From Thermoleophilia bacterium (GTDB lineage: Bacteria > Actinomycetota > Thermoleophilia > BMS3ABIN01), in NCBI GenBank assembly GCA_041658605.1, contig JBAZZU010000009.1, forward strand, positions 6,032 through 70,031: a stretch of DNA of 64,000 bases. The letters are read 5' to 3'. Numbering within the stretch: the first letter of the stretch is position 1; each line of letters begins with the position of its first letter. The position numbers were made by a program, and so were the translations under genes. Of this stretch, positions 35,691-45,892 are shown one piece after another. A model generated the notes under the pieces. It saw only the letters and a list, made by a program, of their open reading frames with translations. It searched no databases and was not told where the DNA came from.

Positions 35691-37493
35691 TTGGCGGAAA
35701 ACAGTAAAGAACAAAAAGGATCCTTTCATTTCTCTCCCCGACCCAACCGGGCGGCCCAGATCGACTGGCAGGAATGGGGCGAGGAAGCTTTCAGGCGCTC
35801 ACTCAATGAGGGAAAGCCGGTGCTTCTTTCCATCTCCGCGGTCTGGTGCCACTGGTGCCACGTCATGGATGAGACCAGCTTCTCGGACGACGAGGTCATC
35901 CGGCTCATCAATGAACATTACATCCCGGTCAGAGTCGACAACGACCGCAGGCCGGACATAAACCAGCGCTACAACCAGGGTGGCTGGCCCACGGTCGCGA
36001 TGCTCACCGCCGAAGGCGAGGTCATCACCGGCGTGACGTACCTGGAACCCGAGACGATGAGGAAGATGCTCAATGACATCTCTGGCCTCTATAGCAACAA
36101 CAAGGCGGAGATAGACGAGGCCATAAAAAAGATCCAGGCCCAGCGGGCCGAGTTTGAGAGTCCGGTGCCAGGCGAAATGAGCCAGGCGATCATGGCCCAT
36201 GTCCTTGAAGTGGCGGGTGACGTCTACGACAAGGAGATGGGCGGATTTGGCGCGCTGGCGAAATTCCCGTACGTCAATGTATTGAACCTGATCCTGACTG
36301 TGCTGTCGGAAGGGACTATCGGCGAGCTGGAAGTGATGCTCACCACAACACTCGACGCCATGGCCGCGGGCGGCATGTACGATCAGCTCGAAGGCGGGTT
36401 CTTCCGCTACTCGACCAACCGCGACTGGTCGGTCCCGCATTACGAGAAGATGCTCGAGGACAACGCCGGTTTGCTGGCGGTCTATGCCGAGGCTTCCCGC
36501 ATCCTTGAATCCGCTGAATATGAACGGGTGGCCCGCGATGTCTACAGGTTCATGGATACGGTGATGCTGAACGGCGAAACCGGAGTCTTCGGCGGCAGCC
36601 AGGACGCGGACGAAGTTTATTACAGCCTTGATGAACCGGCCCGTGAAAAGCACGGAGCGCCCCATGTGGATCCGACGATATATGCCGGATGGAATGCCGC
36701 GGCGGCGTCTTCTGTTTTGAGGTGCTTCCAGATTTTTGGTGATCAAGGATTTCGCGCCCGGGCGGTCGGTGTGCTCGATTATATCTGGGACAACATGTGG
36801 GACGCGAAGCTCGGCGTCTACCGTTTTCATGACGGCGGGCCACAGGTGCCGGGCCTTCTGGCCGACACGGCCCTTCTGGCGACCGCCTGTCTGGATGCAT
36901 ATGAATCCGGGGCCGGTGAAATCTGGCTGAGCAGATCTACGGCAGCGGCCGCCTGGATGCTGGCAAATCTGGAGGATGGATCAGCTGGCGGTTTTTATGA
37001 TTGCGGGGCCGTGCCCGGCGACAGCGGCCTGTTCCCGGTGAGGGTGAAACCGCCGGTGGAAAACAGTCAGGCGGCGTCTGTGCTGATCCGTCTTCGACAG
37101 AACACGGGCCAGGTTCGTTTCGGCGATGCGGCCGAGCGGGCCTTATCGTTCTTTTCCGGCAGCTACAAGGAGCTGGGGCTGTTTTCCGCGGAATACGCGA
37201 TTGCCGTGCAGCGTCTGCTCGAACCGGCTGTGCGCGTAACGATCGCCGGTCCTCCGGGCGATAGCGGTACAGACGAGATGATCAGGGCCGCCCACAGGGC
37301 ACGCGTACCGTTTCGTTCCATCGAGGTCCTTGATCCGGAGATACACGGGGAGGAGCTTGACGCGACGGGATACGGGTACGCCGGAAAGCCCATCGCATAC
37401 ATCTGCATCGGCGCCAGCTGTCAGCCCCCGGTAACCGAACCGGAAGAACTACCCGGCAGGCTGGAAGCGGGCTGGGCGAGCGCAAACCGCTGA
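35691..37493 (+). CDS. Thioredoxin-domain protein (YyaL/DUF255 family, with six-hairpin glycosidase-like C-terminal domain)
   Basis: N-terminal thioredoxin-like domain with WCHWCH, about 600 aa overall, as in YyaL/SSP411 proteins. Confidence 0.65.
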   Translation: MAENSKEQKGSFHFSPRPNRAAQIDWQEWGEEAFRRSLNEGKPVLLSISAVWCHWCHVMDETSFSDDEVIRLINEHYIPVRVDNDRRPDINQRYNQGGWPTVAMLTAEGEVITGVTYLEPETMRKMLNDISGLYSNNKAEIDEAIKKIQAQRAEFESPVPGEMSQAIMAHVLEVAGDVYDKEMGGFGALAKFPYVNVLNLILTVLSEGTIGELEVMLTTTLDAMAAGGMYDQLEGGFFRYSTNRDWSVPHYEKMLEDNAGLLAVYAEASRILESAEYERVARDVYRFMDTVMLNGETGVFGGSQDADEVYYSLDEPAREKHGAPHVDPTIYAGWNAAAASSVLRCFQIFGDQGFRARAVGVLDYIWDNMWDAKLGVYRFHDGGPQVPGLLADTALLATACLDAYESGAGEIWLSRSTAAAAWMLANLEDGSAGGFYDCGAVPGDSGLFPVRVKPPVENSQAASVLIRLRQNTGQVRFGDAAERALSFFSGSYKELGLFSAEYAIAVQRLLEPAVRVTIAGPPGDSGTDEMIRAAHRARVPFRSIEVLDPEIHGEELDATGYGYAGKPIAYICIGASCQPPVTEPEELPGRLEAGWASANR

Positions 37494-37546
37494 GGCAGGA
37501 TCCAGGTCTTATATGGGACGGCGTGTTTTTTTGAAGGAGACAGGTC

Positions 37547-38374
37547 ATGACCAGCAATAACCAGACTGACGTTGTCAAAGAAATGGCGCCGGTGCGCGCA
37601 GGCGATTCTGACACGAGATTCGCCGGGGAGCTCCTTGGCTCGATCGGGCAACTGCTGGGCCGGTTCGTTTCCCCGGATGGCCACACGGTCGATTATCCTG
37701 GTCTCGAAGCCTGCTCCGATTATCACGATTATCTTGAGAAATCCCTTGACCTTGCTCGGTTTGATCCCGCAGTCCTCGAAGATCGCGAGCATAGACTGGC
37801 GTTCTGGATCAACATCTACAACATGACCGTCATCGATCGTGTCGTTAAACTATCGATAAATGATTCGGTCGAAGACGACAAGGGGTTTTTCAGCCGCGAG
37901 GCCTTCCAGGTCGGAAGTCATAAATATTCCCTGGACGATATCGAGAACGGCATTCTCCGCGGGAACGCGCGCAGGCAATATCTGCCGCTCAGGCAGTTTC
38001 GTATCGGAGATGCCCGCATCCGATTTCCCGTGAAGCCAATACATGAATGCATATGTTTTGCCCTGGTACGGGGCTCAAAATCGTGCCCGATCCTGCATTT
38101 TTATCAGGCGGAAAAAATCGAAGCGCAGCTCCACGCCGCGGCTGACGGTTTTATAAATGGAGGCGGCGCCGTCCTCAATCGCGATGCCAGGACCCTTTCG
38201 ATATCGAGGCTCTTTAAACGGCACGCGGCCGATTTCGGAGGTGGTCAGGGGGTCATGAAGTTCATCGTAAACCATTTCAGTTCGACCGAAGACGCCGCCT
38301 TTCTGCGCGCCCACGCCTCATCACTTAAAGTCGATTATCAGAACTGCGACTGGGGTCTGAATATCTCCGTTTGA
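37547..38374 (+). CDS. DUF547 domain protein
   Basis: Conserved AFWINIYN block characteristic of DUF547. Confidence 0.55.
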   Translation: MTSNNQTDVVKEMAPVRAGDSDTRFAGELLGSIGQLLGRFVSPDGHTVDYPGLEACSDYHDYLEKSLDLARFDPAVLEDREHRLAFWINIYNMTVIDRVVKLSINDSVEDDKGFFSREAFQVGSHKYSLDDIENGILRGNARRQYLPLRQFRIGDARIRFPVKPIHECICFALVRGSKSCPILHFYQAEKIEAQLHAAADGFINGGGAVLNRDARTLSISRLFKRHAADFGGGQGVMKFIVNHFSSTEDAAFLRAHASSLKVDYQNCDWGLNISV

Positions 38375-38475
38375 CTGCAAGGGTCGCCACAGCCATCGAT
38401 CTCTGCGGCAAGTCCTACACCTACCCGGGACCATATCCGGGAGTGTAGGCAACCGAATACGACCTTCTACCAGCA

Positions 38476-38510
38476 GGGAGACGCGCCTAGGCGCGTCTCC
38501 CTTGTTTTCC
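38476..38510. terminator. Perfect 11-12 bp GC-rich palindrome followed by T-run, between convergent genes (bidirectional terminator candidate)
   Basis: GGGAGACGCGCC-ta-GGCGCGTCTCCC then TTGTTTTCC. A second imperfect hairpin lies just upstream (38418-38455). Confidence 0.5.
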
Positions 38511-38536
38511 CGGCACAGGTCATTCTTTAAAAACGC

Positions 38537-39073
38537 TTATATTCCCCGGTCAAGCAACTCCTGTTCCAGCTGGATGTGATCCGACTCGATCATCGTCAGG
38601 GCCGTGAAGACTTTCTTGATGCGTTCTTCGACTGCCTCCCCCGCGGCCTGCCTGTAAAAGGCGGCCGCCGCGACCTCCCTCTCGTGCGCCATGATTATGT
38701 TTTCCCTGTCATCATCGACGGCGCCTTCCATGCCTTCCTGCGGTTGCGGCGGTTCGACCTTCAGTATCTTTTTGATAGTCGATGCATGCTCGGCCTCTAT
38801 CTTTGCCAGGTATTTGAATATTCCCTGAAGTTCGATATTTGAGGTCCTCGACATGGCATCACGGTAAAAGGGTGCGTTGTTTACCTCCAGCTGGAGCGCC
38901 TGCTCAAGGTTCGCCCTGGAAATATCGCTCAGCTTTCCCAGTGACAGGTTTTCATCGACCCAGTCTGCGGCAGGTGTCAGGTATTCATCCGACGCTCCGC
39001 AGAACGGGCAGTTGCTTGGTTTTTCCTTCCCCATGTACAGATCACCACAGATCTGGCAGCGGTAGAACTTCAT
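38537..39073 (-). CDS. Reverse rubrerythrin (N-terminal rubredoxin-like Cys4 domain + ferritin-like di-iron domain)
   Basis: CQICG...CPFCG rubredoxin-type pairs at the N-terminus followed by ExxH ferritin-like helices. Confidence 0.7.
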   Translation of the reverse strand: MKFYRCQICGDLYMGKEKPSNCPFCGASDEYLTPAADWVDENLSLGKLSDISRANLEQALQLEVNNAPFYRDAMSRTSNIELQGIFKYLAKIEAEHASTIKKILKVEPPQPQEGMEGAVDDDRENIIMAHEREVAAAAFYRQAAGEAVEERIKKVFTALTMIESDHIQLEQELLDRGI

Positions 39074-39506
39074 GTTCGACTCCCTTTTCGATTCATATCT
39101 GAAATTCAGTTCGATTCTATCTCATCATAAGCAGAAAAGGAGGCCGGAATTTTCAGTGATGGAGATCAGCCTGTCGCGGCGGAAAGGGCTTTCTTGCGTC
39201 TGCCTTGCTGAGCTCATGGGGCGCGTGTGCTACCACATCGGCTTTCCATGCAGGCAGGTCAAAATCGTTGTGTAATGGGTAACAAAACTCTGCAATAATA
39301 GCAACTCTAAATGTAAACTCGAGGCTTACCCCTCGTTTGGGCAAATGTGTGCAATTTGCGGAATAAACTTTCTTAATCGGGGGTTTACCCGTCCCAGGAT
39401 GCCCGTTATGATAGCTACCTAGGGGCAGGAAATTGACGCTGACCCACGAAATGTTGTGTATGGGGTCTTATAAAGCAACAATACCTAGGGTTTTCAGGTA
39501 ATCTAT

Positions 39507-39950
39507 ATGAAGTGTCCTTTTTGTGACTCCACCGAGACAAAAGTGGTGGATTCCCGCGACACAGACTCGCGGGATGCGGTAAGACGCCGGCGCGAGTGCC
39601 TTGAATGCCAGCACCGGTTCACTACATACGAGCGGGTGGAAGAAGTTCCACTGACTGTAATCAAGCGGGCGGGAGAGCGGGAAGTTTTCTCCCGCCCGAA
39701 GCTTCTTCAGGGCTTGTTGAGGGCATGTGAAAAAAGGCCCATTGAGACGGAGACGCTCGAAGAGCTGGTCGACGGGATCGAAGCCGAACTTCGAAACGAG
39801 TTCAAGACGGAGGTTCCGTCGGCGGAGATCGGAGAGAGGACCCTGGCAAAGCTGAAGGATCTGGACAAGGTGGCGTATGTCCGCTTCGCCTCGGTGTACC
39901 GGAAGTTCGAGGACGTGGACGAGTTTCAGCGGGAGCTGGCAAGGCTTTAG
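39507..39950 (+). CDS. nrdR: Transcriptional repressor NrdR
   Basis: MKCPFCDS...[16 protein letters not shown] zinc ribbon plus ATP-cone, about 147 aa. Confidence 0.85.
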   Translation: MKCPFCDSTETKVVDSRDTDSRDAVRRRRECLECQHRFTTYERVEEVPLTVIKRAGEREVFSRPKLLQGLLRACEKRPIETETLEELVDGIEAELRNEFKTEVPSAEIGERTLAKLKDLDKVAYVRFASVYRKFEDVDEFQRELARL

Positions 39951-40079
39951 GACCGGCCGGCGAGTTGAGCTGAAAAAGTTTATGGGCGGGGACCCAATGA
40001 TTGATAACCAGCCGGGCGTGTCTGTCCGGAAGGTGATTTGAATTTACTGGCCTGATTTGAAAGAAAGGGGAAATGAAAC

Positions 40080-42374
40080 ATGCTAGTCAACCAGTCTCAA
40101 ACGACTACCGGAAAAAGTAACCGGGTAACTGCTCACCCGTTGCAGCCGCAACTCTCAGCCAACGCCATGAAAGTTCTGGAAAAGAGGTATCTGAAAAAGG
40201 ACGAGGAAGGCAATCCGGTAGAGACGCCGGTAGAGATGTTTCGCAGGGTTGCCCGCACAATCGCGGCCGCGGACCTTATTCACAACCCTGAAGCCGATAC
40301 GGATGCCGTAGAGGAGGAATTCTATCGTCTGATGGCGCGCCTCGAGTTCCTGCCAAATTCACCCACGCTGATGAACGCCGGCCGCGAGCTGGGCCAGCTT
40401 TCCGCCTGCTTCGTCCTGCCGGTCGGCGACTCGATGGACAGCATCTTCGAGGCCATAAAAAACACCGCCCTGATACACAAGAGCGGCGGCGGAACCGGCT
40501 TCTCCTTTTCCCGGGTAAGGCCGGGAAATGATGTAGTGCTGTCGACGAAGGGTGTTTCGAGCGGCCCGATTTCCTTCATGTCCGTCTTTGATGCCGCCAC
40601 GGAGACGATCAAACAGGGCGGTACCCGCCGCGGCGCGAATATGGGTATCCTGCGCGTGGACCATCCCGACATCCTCGACTTCATAGTCTGCAAGCAGAGC
40701 AACGACAAGCTCAACAATTTCAATATCTCCGTCGCTCTGACGGAGGAGTTCATGGAAGCGGTCGAGGAGGGACGCGATTACGACCTGGTGAACCCCAGGA
40801 CCGGCAAGATCGCGAAGAGCCTGGAAGCGCGCCGGGTATTTGAAATGATAGTGAACCTTGCCTGGAAGAACGGCGACCCCGGCATCATTTTTCTCGACAG
40901 GATAAATCGCGATAATCCCACGCCGCATATCGGTGAGATCGAAAGCACGAACCCCTGCGGCGAGCAGCCGCTGCTGCCGTATGAATCATGTAACCTCGGC
41001 TCCATCAATCTTTCCAAGATGGCAGACAGCGCCGGCGGCGTCGATTACGAACGGCTGGGAAAGATTGTCGAGAGCGCTGTCCATTTCCTCGACAACGTAA
41101 TAGACGTCAACAATTATCCGCTGCCCGAGATCGCCGAGATGACCAGGGCCAACCGGAAGATCGGGCTGGGCGTCATGGGCTTTGCGGACCTGCTGATAGG
41201 GTTGGGCATCCCCTATGACTCAGATGCGGCCGTGGAGACGGCCGAAGAGATCATGGCGTTCATCCAGGAGCGTGCCATGAAGCATTCGACCAGGCTGGCG
41301 GAAGAGCGGGGCACGTTCCCCAACTTCAAGGGAAGCGTATATGACACAAAGGGCGGGCTAATGGTCCGCAACGCCACCACCACCACAATCGCGCCTACAG
41401 GCACGCTGAGCATCATCGCCAACTGCTCCAGCGGCATAGAGCCGCTGTTTGCCATCTCATATGTACGCAATGTCCTCGATAACACGGAGATGGTCGAGAC
41501 CCACAGGACGTTCGAGCAGATGGCCAGGGACGGCGGTTTCTACAGCGAGGACCTGATGAAGGAAATCGCAAAGAAAGGCAGCGTCGCCGACCTTCCCGAG
41601 GTCCCTGATGAAATCAAGCCGCTGTTCGCGACCGCGCACGACGTCGAGCCCGAGTGGCATATCAGGATGCAGGCGGCTTTCCAGAAATATACAGATAACG
41701 CCGTGTCAAAAACGGTGAATTTCTCCCACGATGCCACGACAGCCGACGTCGAGCAGGTCTACCGGCTGGCATACCAGACAGGCTGCAAGGGCGTCACAAT
41801 TTATCGGGACGGCAGCCGTGAGGCACAGGTGCTCAATATCGGCGGCGTCAACCATGCCGCGCCGGAGGCTGAAGCGACTCCCGGGCTGGTCAAGCCCAGG
41901 TCCCGCCCGGCGGTCACCAAAGGCCAGACACGCAAGATAAATACCGGTTGCGGCAGCCTGTACGTGACCATAAATGAAGACGAGCATGGCCTGCACGAAG
42001 TATTCTCCTCCATGGCGCGGGCAGGCGCCTGCAAGGCCGCCCAGTCCGAGGCGGTCAGCCGTCTGATATCGCTGGCCTTGAGGTCGGGGGTCGATTGCCA
42101 GGCAATACTGAAATCCATCAAGGGGATCAGATGCCCGTCACCCGCTCTTGGTGAAGGCGGCAAGCAGATCATGTCCTGCCCCGACGCCATCGCGCGCGCG
42201 GTCTCGGAATACATTGAAGCATCACCGCATCTGAAAGAGGGCGGTATAAGCGGCGAATTGACTTCCTCGGTCGAGCTGAGTCATTGTCCGGAGTGTCCCG
42301 AATGCGGCGGTATGGTCGAATTCGGCGAGGGTTGCCTGTTCTGCCGTTTCTGTGGATTCTCGAAGTGCGGTTGA
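40080..42374 (+). CDS. nrdJ: Class II (adenosylcobalamin-dependent) ribonucleotide reductase NrdJ with C-terminal zinc ribbon
   Basis: Monomeric RNR catalytic core motifs (NPCGEQPL, thiyl-radical Cys region) and a C-terminal CPECPECG...CLFCRFCG zinc-finger tail. Immediately downstream of nrdR. Confidence 0.85.
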   Translation: MLVNQSQTTTGKSNRVTAHPLQPQLSANAMKVLEKRYLKKDEEGNPVETPVEMFRRVARTIAAADLIHNPEADTDAVEEEFYRLMARLEFLPNSPTLMNAGRELGQLSACFVLPVGDSMDSIFEAIKNTALIHKSGGGTGFSFSRVRPGNDVVLSTKGVSSGPISFMSVFDAATETIKQGGTRRGANMGILRVDHPDILDFIVCKQSNDKLNNFNISVALTEEFMEAVEEGRDYDLVNPRTGKIAKSLEARRVFEMIVNLAWKNGDPGIIFLDRINRDNPTPHIGEIESTNPCGEQPLLPYESCNLGSINLSKMADSAGGVDYERLGKIVESAVHFLDNVIDVNNYPLPEIAEMTRANRKIGLGVMGFADLLIGLGIPYDSDAAVETAEEIMAFIQERAMKHSTRLAEERGTFPNFKGSVYDTKGGLMVRNATTTTIAPTGTLSIIANCSSGIEPLFAISYVRNVLDNTEMVETHRTFEQMARDGGFYSEDLMKEIAKKGSVADLPEVPDEIKPLFATAHDVEPEWHIRMQAAFQKYTDNAVSKTVNFSHDATTADVEQVYRLAYQTGCKGVTIYRDGSREAQVLNIGGVNHAAPEAEATPGLVKPRSRPAVTKGQTRKINTGCGSLYVTINEDEHGLHEVFSSMARAGACKAAQSEAVSRLISLALRSGVDCQAILKSIKGIRCPSPALGEGGKQIMSCPDAIARAVSEYIEASPHLKEGGISGELTSSVELSHCPECPECGGMVEFGEGCLFCRFCGFSKCG

Positions 42375-42457
42375 GCAAATAGTGCTTTATGCTTCCTCTC
42401 TAAAGGAAGAAGAAGCCCAATTGCGTAAATATACCCTATGAAAAAGGGCGGCAGACA

Positions 42458-43450
42458 ATGTCCCTGAAGGACGGAAAAAGAGGCCGCGCAAAACGGCATC
42501 AGAAGCTTGCCGTCCTTAAAGCCCCCGCGGTATCGTCAAAGACTGCCGGCGGCAGGGCGAAAAGCAAGCCGCACCGGAAGATCAGCAGGCCTCAGATAGC
42601 CGTCAATGGTCTTGATATCCGCGGCGCCAACAGGCGGCTGAGGGTGCTGGCTCTGGTATGCGCAAGCTTCTTCTTTCTCTGGGTATCCCTGAAGGTGTTT
42701 GCGCAGGCCGACCTCTGGCCGCTCCTTGCCGCGCCGATCCTGCTCTCCGCATGGTTCTTCTACGAGGTCGGCGTGCTGGTGGCGCTGGCGCTGACAGCGC
42801 TTCTGTTGATCCAGACGTCTTTTGACAAGTCGGGGCCGATGATGGTGTCGCTGTTCACTTTCACGGTCATCGGTCTCGGTCTTGCGTGGGGCCAGCGGCG
42901 GCAGAAGCGTCTGCATCGGCGCGTCCTGAGATCATCGCTGACTGACTCCCTTACAGGACTCTATAATTATGGCTATTTCATGGAGGAGCTGGAACGTGAG
43001 CTCCACAGGGCGGATCGTTATGGCGGCTCCGTAACCCTTGTGATGTTCGATGTCGATCACTTCAAGCTCTTTAACGACCGCTTCGGCCACAACGCGGGCA
43101 ACGAAGCCCTGAAGGCGGTTGCGGCCATGCTGAAAAGACAGAAGCGCGAATCTGATGTAGTGGCGCGCTTCGGGGGGGAAGAGTTCGTGATCGTGCTACC
43201 CGGGGATGAAGCCGCGGGAATCGAGACAGCAACGCGGCTGCGGCAGGCTATTTCACAACTGAAGATCCCGGTTGGCGGCGGCGCGACCACGGAGATAACC
43301 GTCAGCGCGGGCGTTTGCTGTTATCCAAAAGGGGCGGGCTCAAAGCAGGAGCTCCTGGACCGCGTTGACCAGCTTCTGTATCTCTCGAAGAAGAGCGGGC
43401 GCAACAAGGTCAGCGTCGCTCCGGAAAAGCAACGGCTGGCGGTATCCTGA
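42458..43450 (+). CDS. Membrane-anchored diguanylate cyclase (GGDEF domain)
   Basis: N-terminal TM helices. RFGGEEF active-site motif and an RxxD-like I-site context. Confidence 0.8.
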   Translation: MSLKDGKRGRAKRHQKLAVLKAPAVSSKTAGGRAKSKPHRKISRPQIAVNGLDIRGANRRLRVLALVCASFFFLWVSLKVFAQADLWPLLAAPILLSAWFFYEVGVLVALALTALLLIQTSFDKSGPMMVSLFTFTVIGLGLAWGQRRQKRLHRRVLRSSLTDSLTGLYNYGYFMEELERELHRADRYGGSVTLVMFDVDHFKLFNDRFGHNAGNEALKAVAAMLKRQKRESDVVARFGGEEFVIVLPGDEAAGIETATRLRQAISQLKIPVGGGATTEITVSAGVCCYPKGAGSKQELLDRVDQLLYLSKKSGRNKVSVAPEKQRLAVS

Positions 43451-43525
43451 TTCCCGCGTGAACCAGTTTCAAATGCGTATTCGCGGGAATACAAAAATGT
43501 GGCAGAAGGGCAGGTTGGTTAATAC

Positions 43526-43795
43526 ATGGAAGCAAATACGCCAAAAGTAAAAACAGAACATATCCGCGTAAACATCGAGACACGCAACTGCGCCATAATC
43601 GGCACCGTGCACACACCGGCGGTCGCGTACCGCAGCCGGTTATCCGACCTTCTGAACCAGAAAGAAGCAGGCTTTCTCTCCGTCACCGACGCGTCAGTGT
43701 ATCATTTTGACAATCTCAAAAAACCCGTATATACCACCGCTTATCTGGCAGTGAATCTAAACAGCATCGAGCTGGTCAGGCCGCTGGACGAATAG
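43526..43795 (+). CDS. Hypothetical protein
   Basis: 89-aa ORF with no recognisable motif. Confidence 0.25.
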   Translation: MEANTPKVKTEHIRVNIETRNCAIIGTVHTPAVAYRSRLSDLLNQKEAGFLSVTDASVYHFDNLKKPVYTTAYLAVNLNSIELVRPLDE

Positions 43796-43808
43796 GGGGA
43801 CGGCCGAG

Positions 43809-44252
43809 CTACTCAGGCGCCGGTCCCTGCAGCAGGTAGCACACCCAGATCAGGAACATGATCTCAACACCGGTCAGCGCACCCGTGACCAGGATTATCA
43901 GCCGCGCAAAACGCGTCCGGGTGGAACCGCCTGCCAGCCTGCCTTTTTCGATTCTCCCCATTATCAGATAAACGATGTGGATCATCCCGAAGAAGAACCC
44001 CCCGAAGAAGAACTGCCATTCGGGGCCCGTGTTGCGCAAAAGCAGGTAATAGTAAAAAACCTCGATCATCAGCAATAAGGAGTTAAGCCTGTATCCGGCG
44101 TCGACCATGCGCTTGAACTCGGCTCCCGGCACTATCTCGGCCAGTCGCGCGCGCTCATGGCCGAGGTCCCTGAGGGCACGCGGAACCAGGCCCAGCGTGA
44201 AGGCGCTGCCGGCAATCATCAGAACCGTGTATATGAACATGAATATGCGCAA
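43809..44252 (-). CDS. Hypothetical membrane protein (4 TM)
   Basis: Hydrophobic helices throughout. No motif recognised. Confidence 0.3.
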   Translation of the reverse strand: MRIFMFIYTVLMIAGSAFTLGLVPRALRDLGHERARLAEIVPGAEFKRMVDAGYRLNSLLLMIEVFYYYLLLRNTGPEWQFFFGGFFFGMIHIVYLIMGRIEKGRLAGGSTRTRFARLIILVTGALTGVEIMFLIWVCYLLQGPAPE

Positions 44253-44301
44253 ATTCCTTCAGCGCCTCCCGTCGATTTTACCGGATCACTACAGCGGGCA
44301 T

Positions 44302-45201
44302 TCAGGCATCCCTCTTTTTCCTGTGTTCGTCAGGCTCATCCAGAAAGCGCCTGTAGAGCAGGTCCGCATTTGACAAAATAAAGAATATTGATAGTAGCGG
44401 GAGCGCCGGGACGCCGATATCCAGCCGCACGCCGATCACCATTGTGCTGACGAACGATAGTGTTATCGCCAGCGCGGTTGTGGTCCGCCTTAACCGGTAA
44501 GTCAGGGCACAACCAACAAAGATGGAGAAAAAGATGATGTCGGCGGCGCCGATCCTGGACGCACCTGATTCCCCGAAAACGGGCATGCTTATCGTCAGAT
44601 ATTCCAGCCAGGGGCCGCCGCTTTCGACCATCTTTTTGGTCGGTCCCAGGAATACGCTATAGAAGTCGACGATGATGATCAAAAGGGAGATCAGCAGTAC
44701 CTGGCCGACAGAAGTCAGAATCAGGGATATCCAGAGGCCGAGGCTGGTTGCGAAGATGACTTTTGCAAGCCCCTCCAGCGGCGTCAGGCCCACAATTATT
44801 GCACCCGCGGCAGCAAGGAGGGCGCCAAGTGTTATCAGCAAAAGGCGGTGCTTCAGGGCTATCAGAAAGGCCAGGCTTGAGGAGAAGGCGCAGGTGATGA
44901 CGATGCCGAGTGAGAAGGCAAGGATGAGCCGGGCGTCCGACTCTTCACCAATCATGCCCAGGGCGGGAAGTGCGGCAAGGGATGCAGCCATTAAGGCTAT
45001 AAGGCCGGCGTAGATGAGGATGGTTTTAAGTTCCAGCCGGGCGTTGATAAACGGCTTCCGTATCAATTCTCCTGCCGGACTCGATCTGCGGTCGAGCCTT
45101 GAAACACGTCTTTCCACCTTTTCAGTAAGGTGGAAGAGACTCGAACCAGTCGCCAAGGACCTTGAAGGCTTTCCAGAAACGGGTTTTCTCGCGCTGATCA
45201 T
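44302..45201 (-). CDS. Polytopic membrane protein with presenilin/signal-peptide-peptidase-like motifs (putative intramembrane aspartyl protease). Start uncertain.
   Basis: About 8 TM helices. IVDFYSVF, RIGAADIIFFS (GxGD-like) and VPALPLL (PAL) appear in the order expected for A22-type proteases. The ORF overlaps the upstream UDG gene by about 80 nt, so the real start is probably internal. Confidence 0.35.
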   Translation of the reverse strand: MISARKPVSGKPSRSLATGSSLFHLTEKVERRVSRLDRRSSPAGELIRKPFINARLELKTILIYAGLIALMAASLAALPALGMIGEESDARLILAFSLGIVITCAFSSSLAFLIALKHRLLLITLGALLAAAGAIIVGLTPLEGLAKVIFATSLGLWISLILTSVGQVLLISLLIIIVDFYSVFLGPTKKMVESGGPWLEYLTISMPVFGESGASRIGAADIIFFSIFVGCALTYRLRRTTTALAITLSFVSTMVIGVRLDIGVPALPLLSIFFILSNADLLYRRFLDEPDEHRKKRDA

Positions 45202-45724
45202 TCAGCGATGAATCTATCTCGGGCGTGACCAGCACTTCTGTAGTCGGCGTGAATGGCTGGATCTCACCCGGCTTGTAGGCCAGCACCTGTGCCATGGGAA
45301 AATCCAGGGCGTTGATTGCCTCGAGCGCGGGCTCACCCATTATCACGACCAGCTTGGGCTGGACAATCATCAGCTCCCTGACAAGGTACCCCGGGCAGTT
45401 CTCTCGCGCTTCGGGTTCCTGAACACTGGCGCATTTGATGATGTTAGTGCCGTACAGGAGCAGCGAGTCGATACCCAGTTTCTGGCAGCCCTTCATAACG
45501 GCTTCACCGGAACGTCCGAAAAAAGCGACACCCTCGGAAGCCTCACTCGGCAGGGTCTTGTATTTGACGAGGAAGATGTCCGCCAGCGGATGGCCGGAGC
45601 CGATGACCGGCACCGCCCGGCCATGGGAGCATTTCTCACAATGGGTCAGTTCCCGGCATAGTTCATTGATGTCGGAAATCGCACGGGTCAGGTGTTTGTC
45701 GTAGATATCGTCTGGCCTGGACAA
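45122..45724 (-). CDS. Uracil-DNA glycosylase, family 4 (FeS-type UDG superfamily)
   Basis: CEKC...C Cys cluster, GSGHPLADIFLV (GEGP-like motif A) and the C-terminal His motif region, about 200 aa. Confidence 0.65.
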   Translation of the reverse strand: MSRPDDIYDKHLTRAISDINELCRELTHCEKCSHGRAVPVIGSGHPLADIFLVKYKTLPSEASEGVAFFGRSGEAVMKGCQKLGIDSLLLYGTNIIKCASVQEPEARENCPGYLVRELMIVQPKLVVIMGEPALEAINALDFPMAQVLAYKPGEIQPFTPTTEVLVTPEIDSSLNDQREKTRFWKAFKVLGDWFESLPPY

Positions 45725-45892
45725 TAGTACCTCGTGTTTTTATGGCAGGGAATTCCCTGCCGGGTTGCCCTGGAATGAGGTGTTTCGAAAACCCTTCCAT
45801 CAAACGGGCGCCGAGCCGGGCCGCAAGCTATTAGTTATTAGTCGCATCGGTGATAATTCCTGCAATCGGCGGTATTGGGGGGAGGTTTGCCC

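Noticed and set aside
35799-36830. 343-aa ORF on the minus strand
   Set aside because: Entirely antisense to the well-supported thioredoxin-domain gene (35691..37493). No SD. Its amino-acid composition is an Arg/Pro/Gly-rich pattern typical of GC-rich shadow ORFs.
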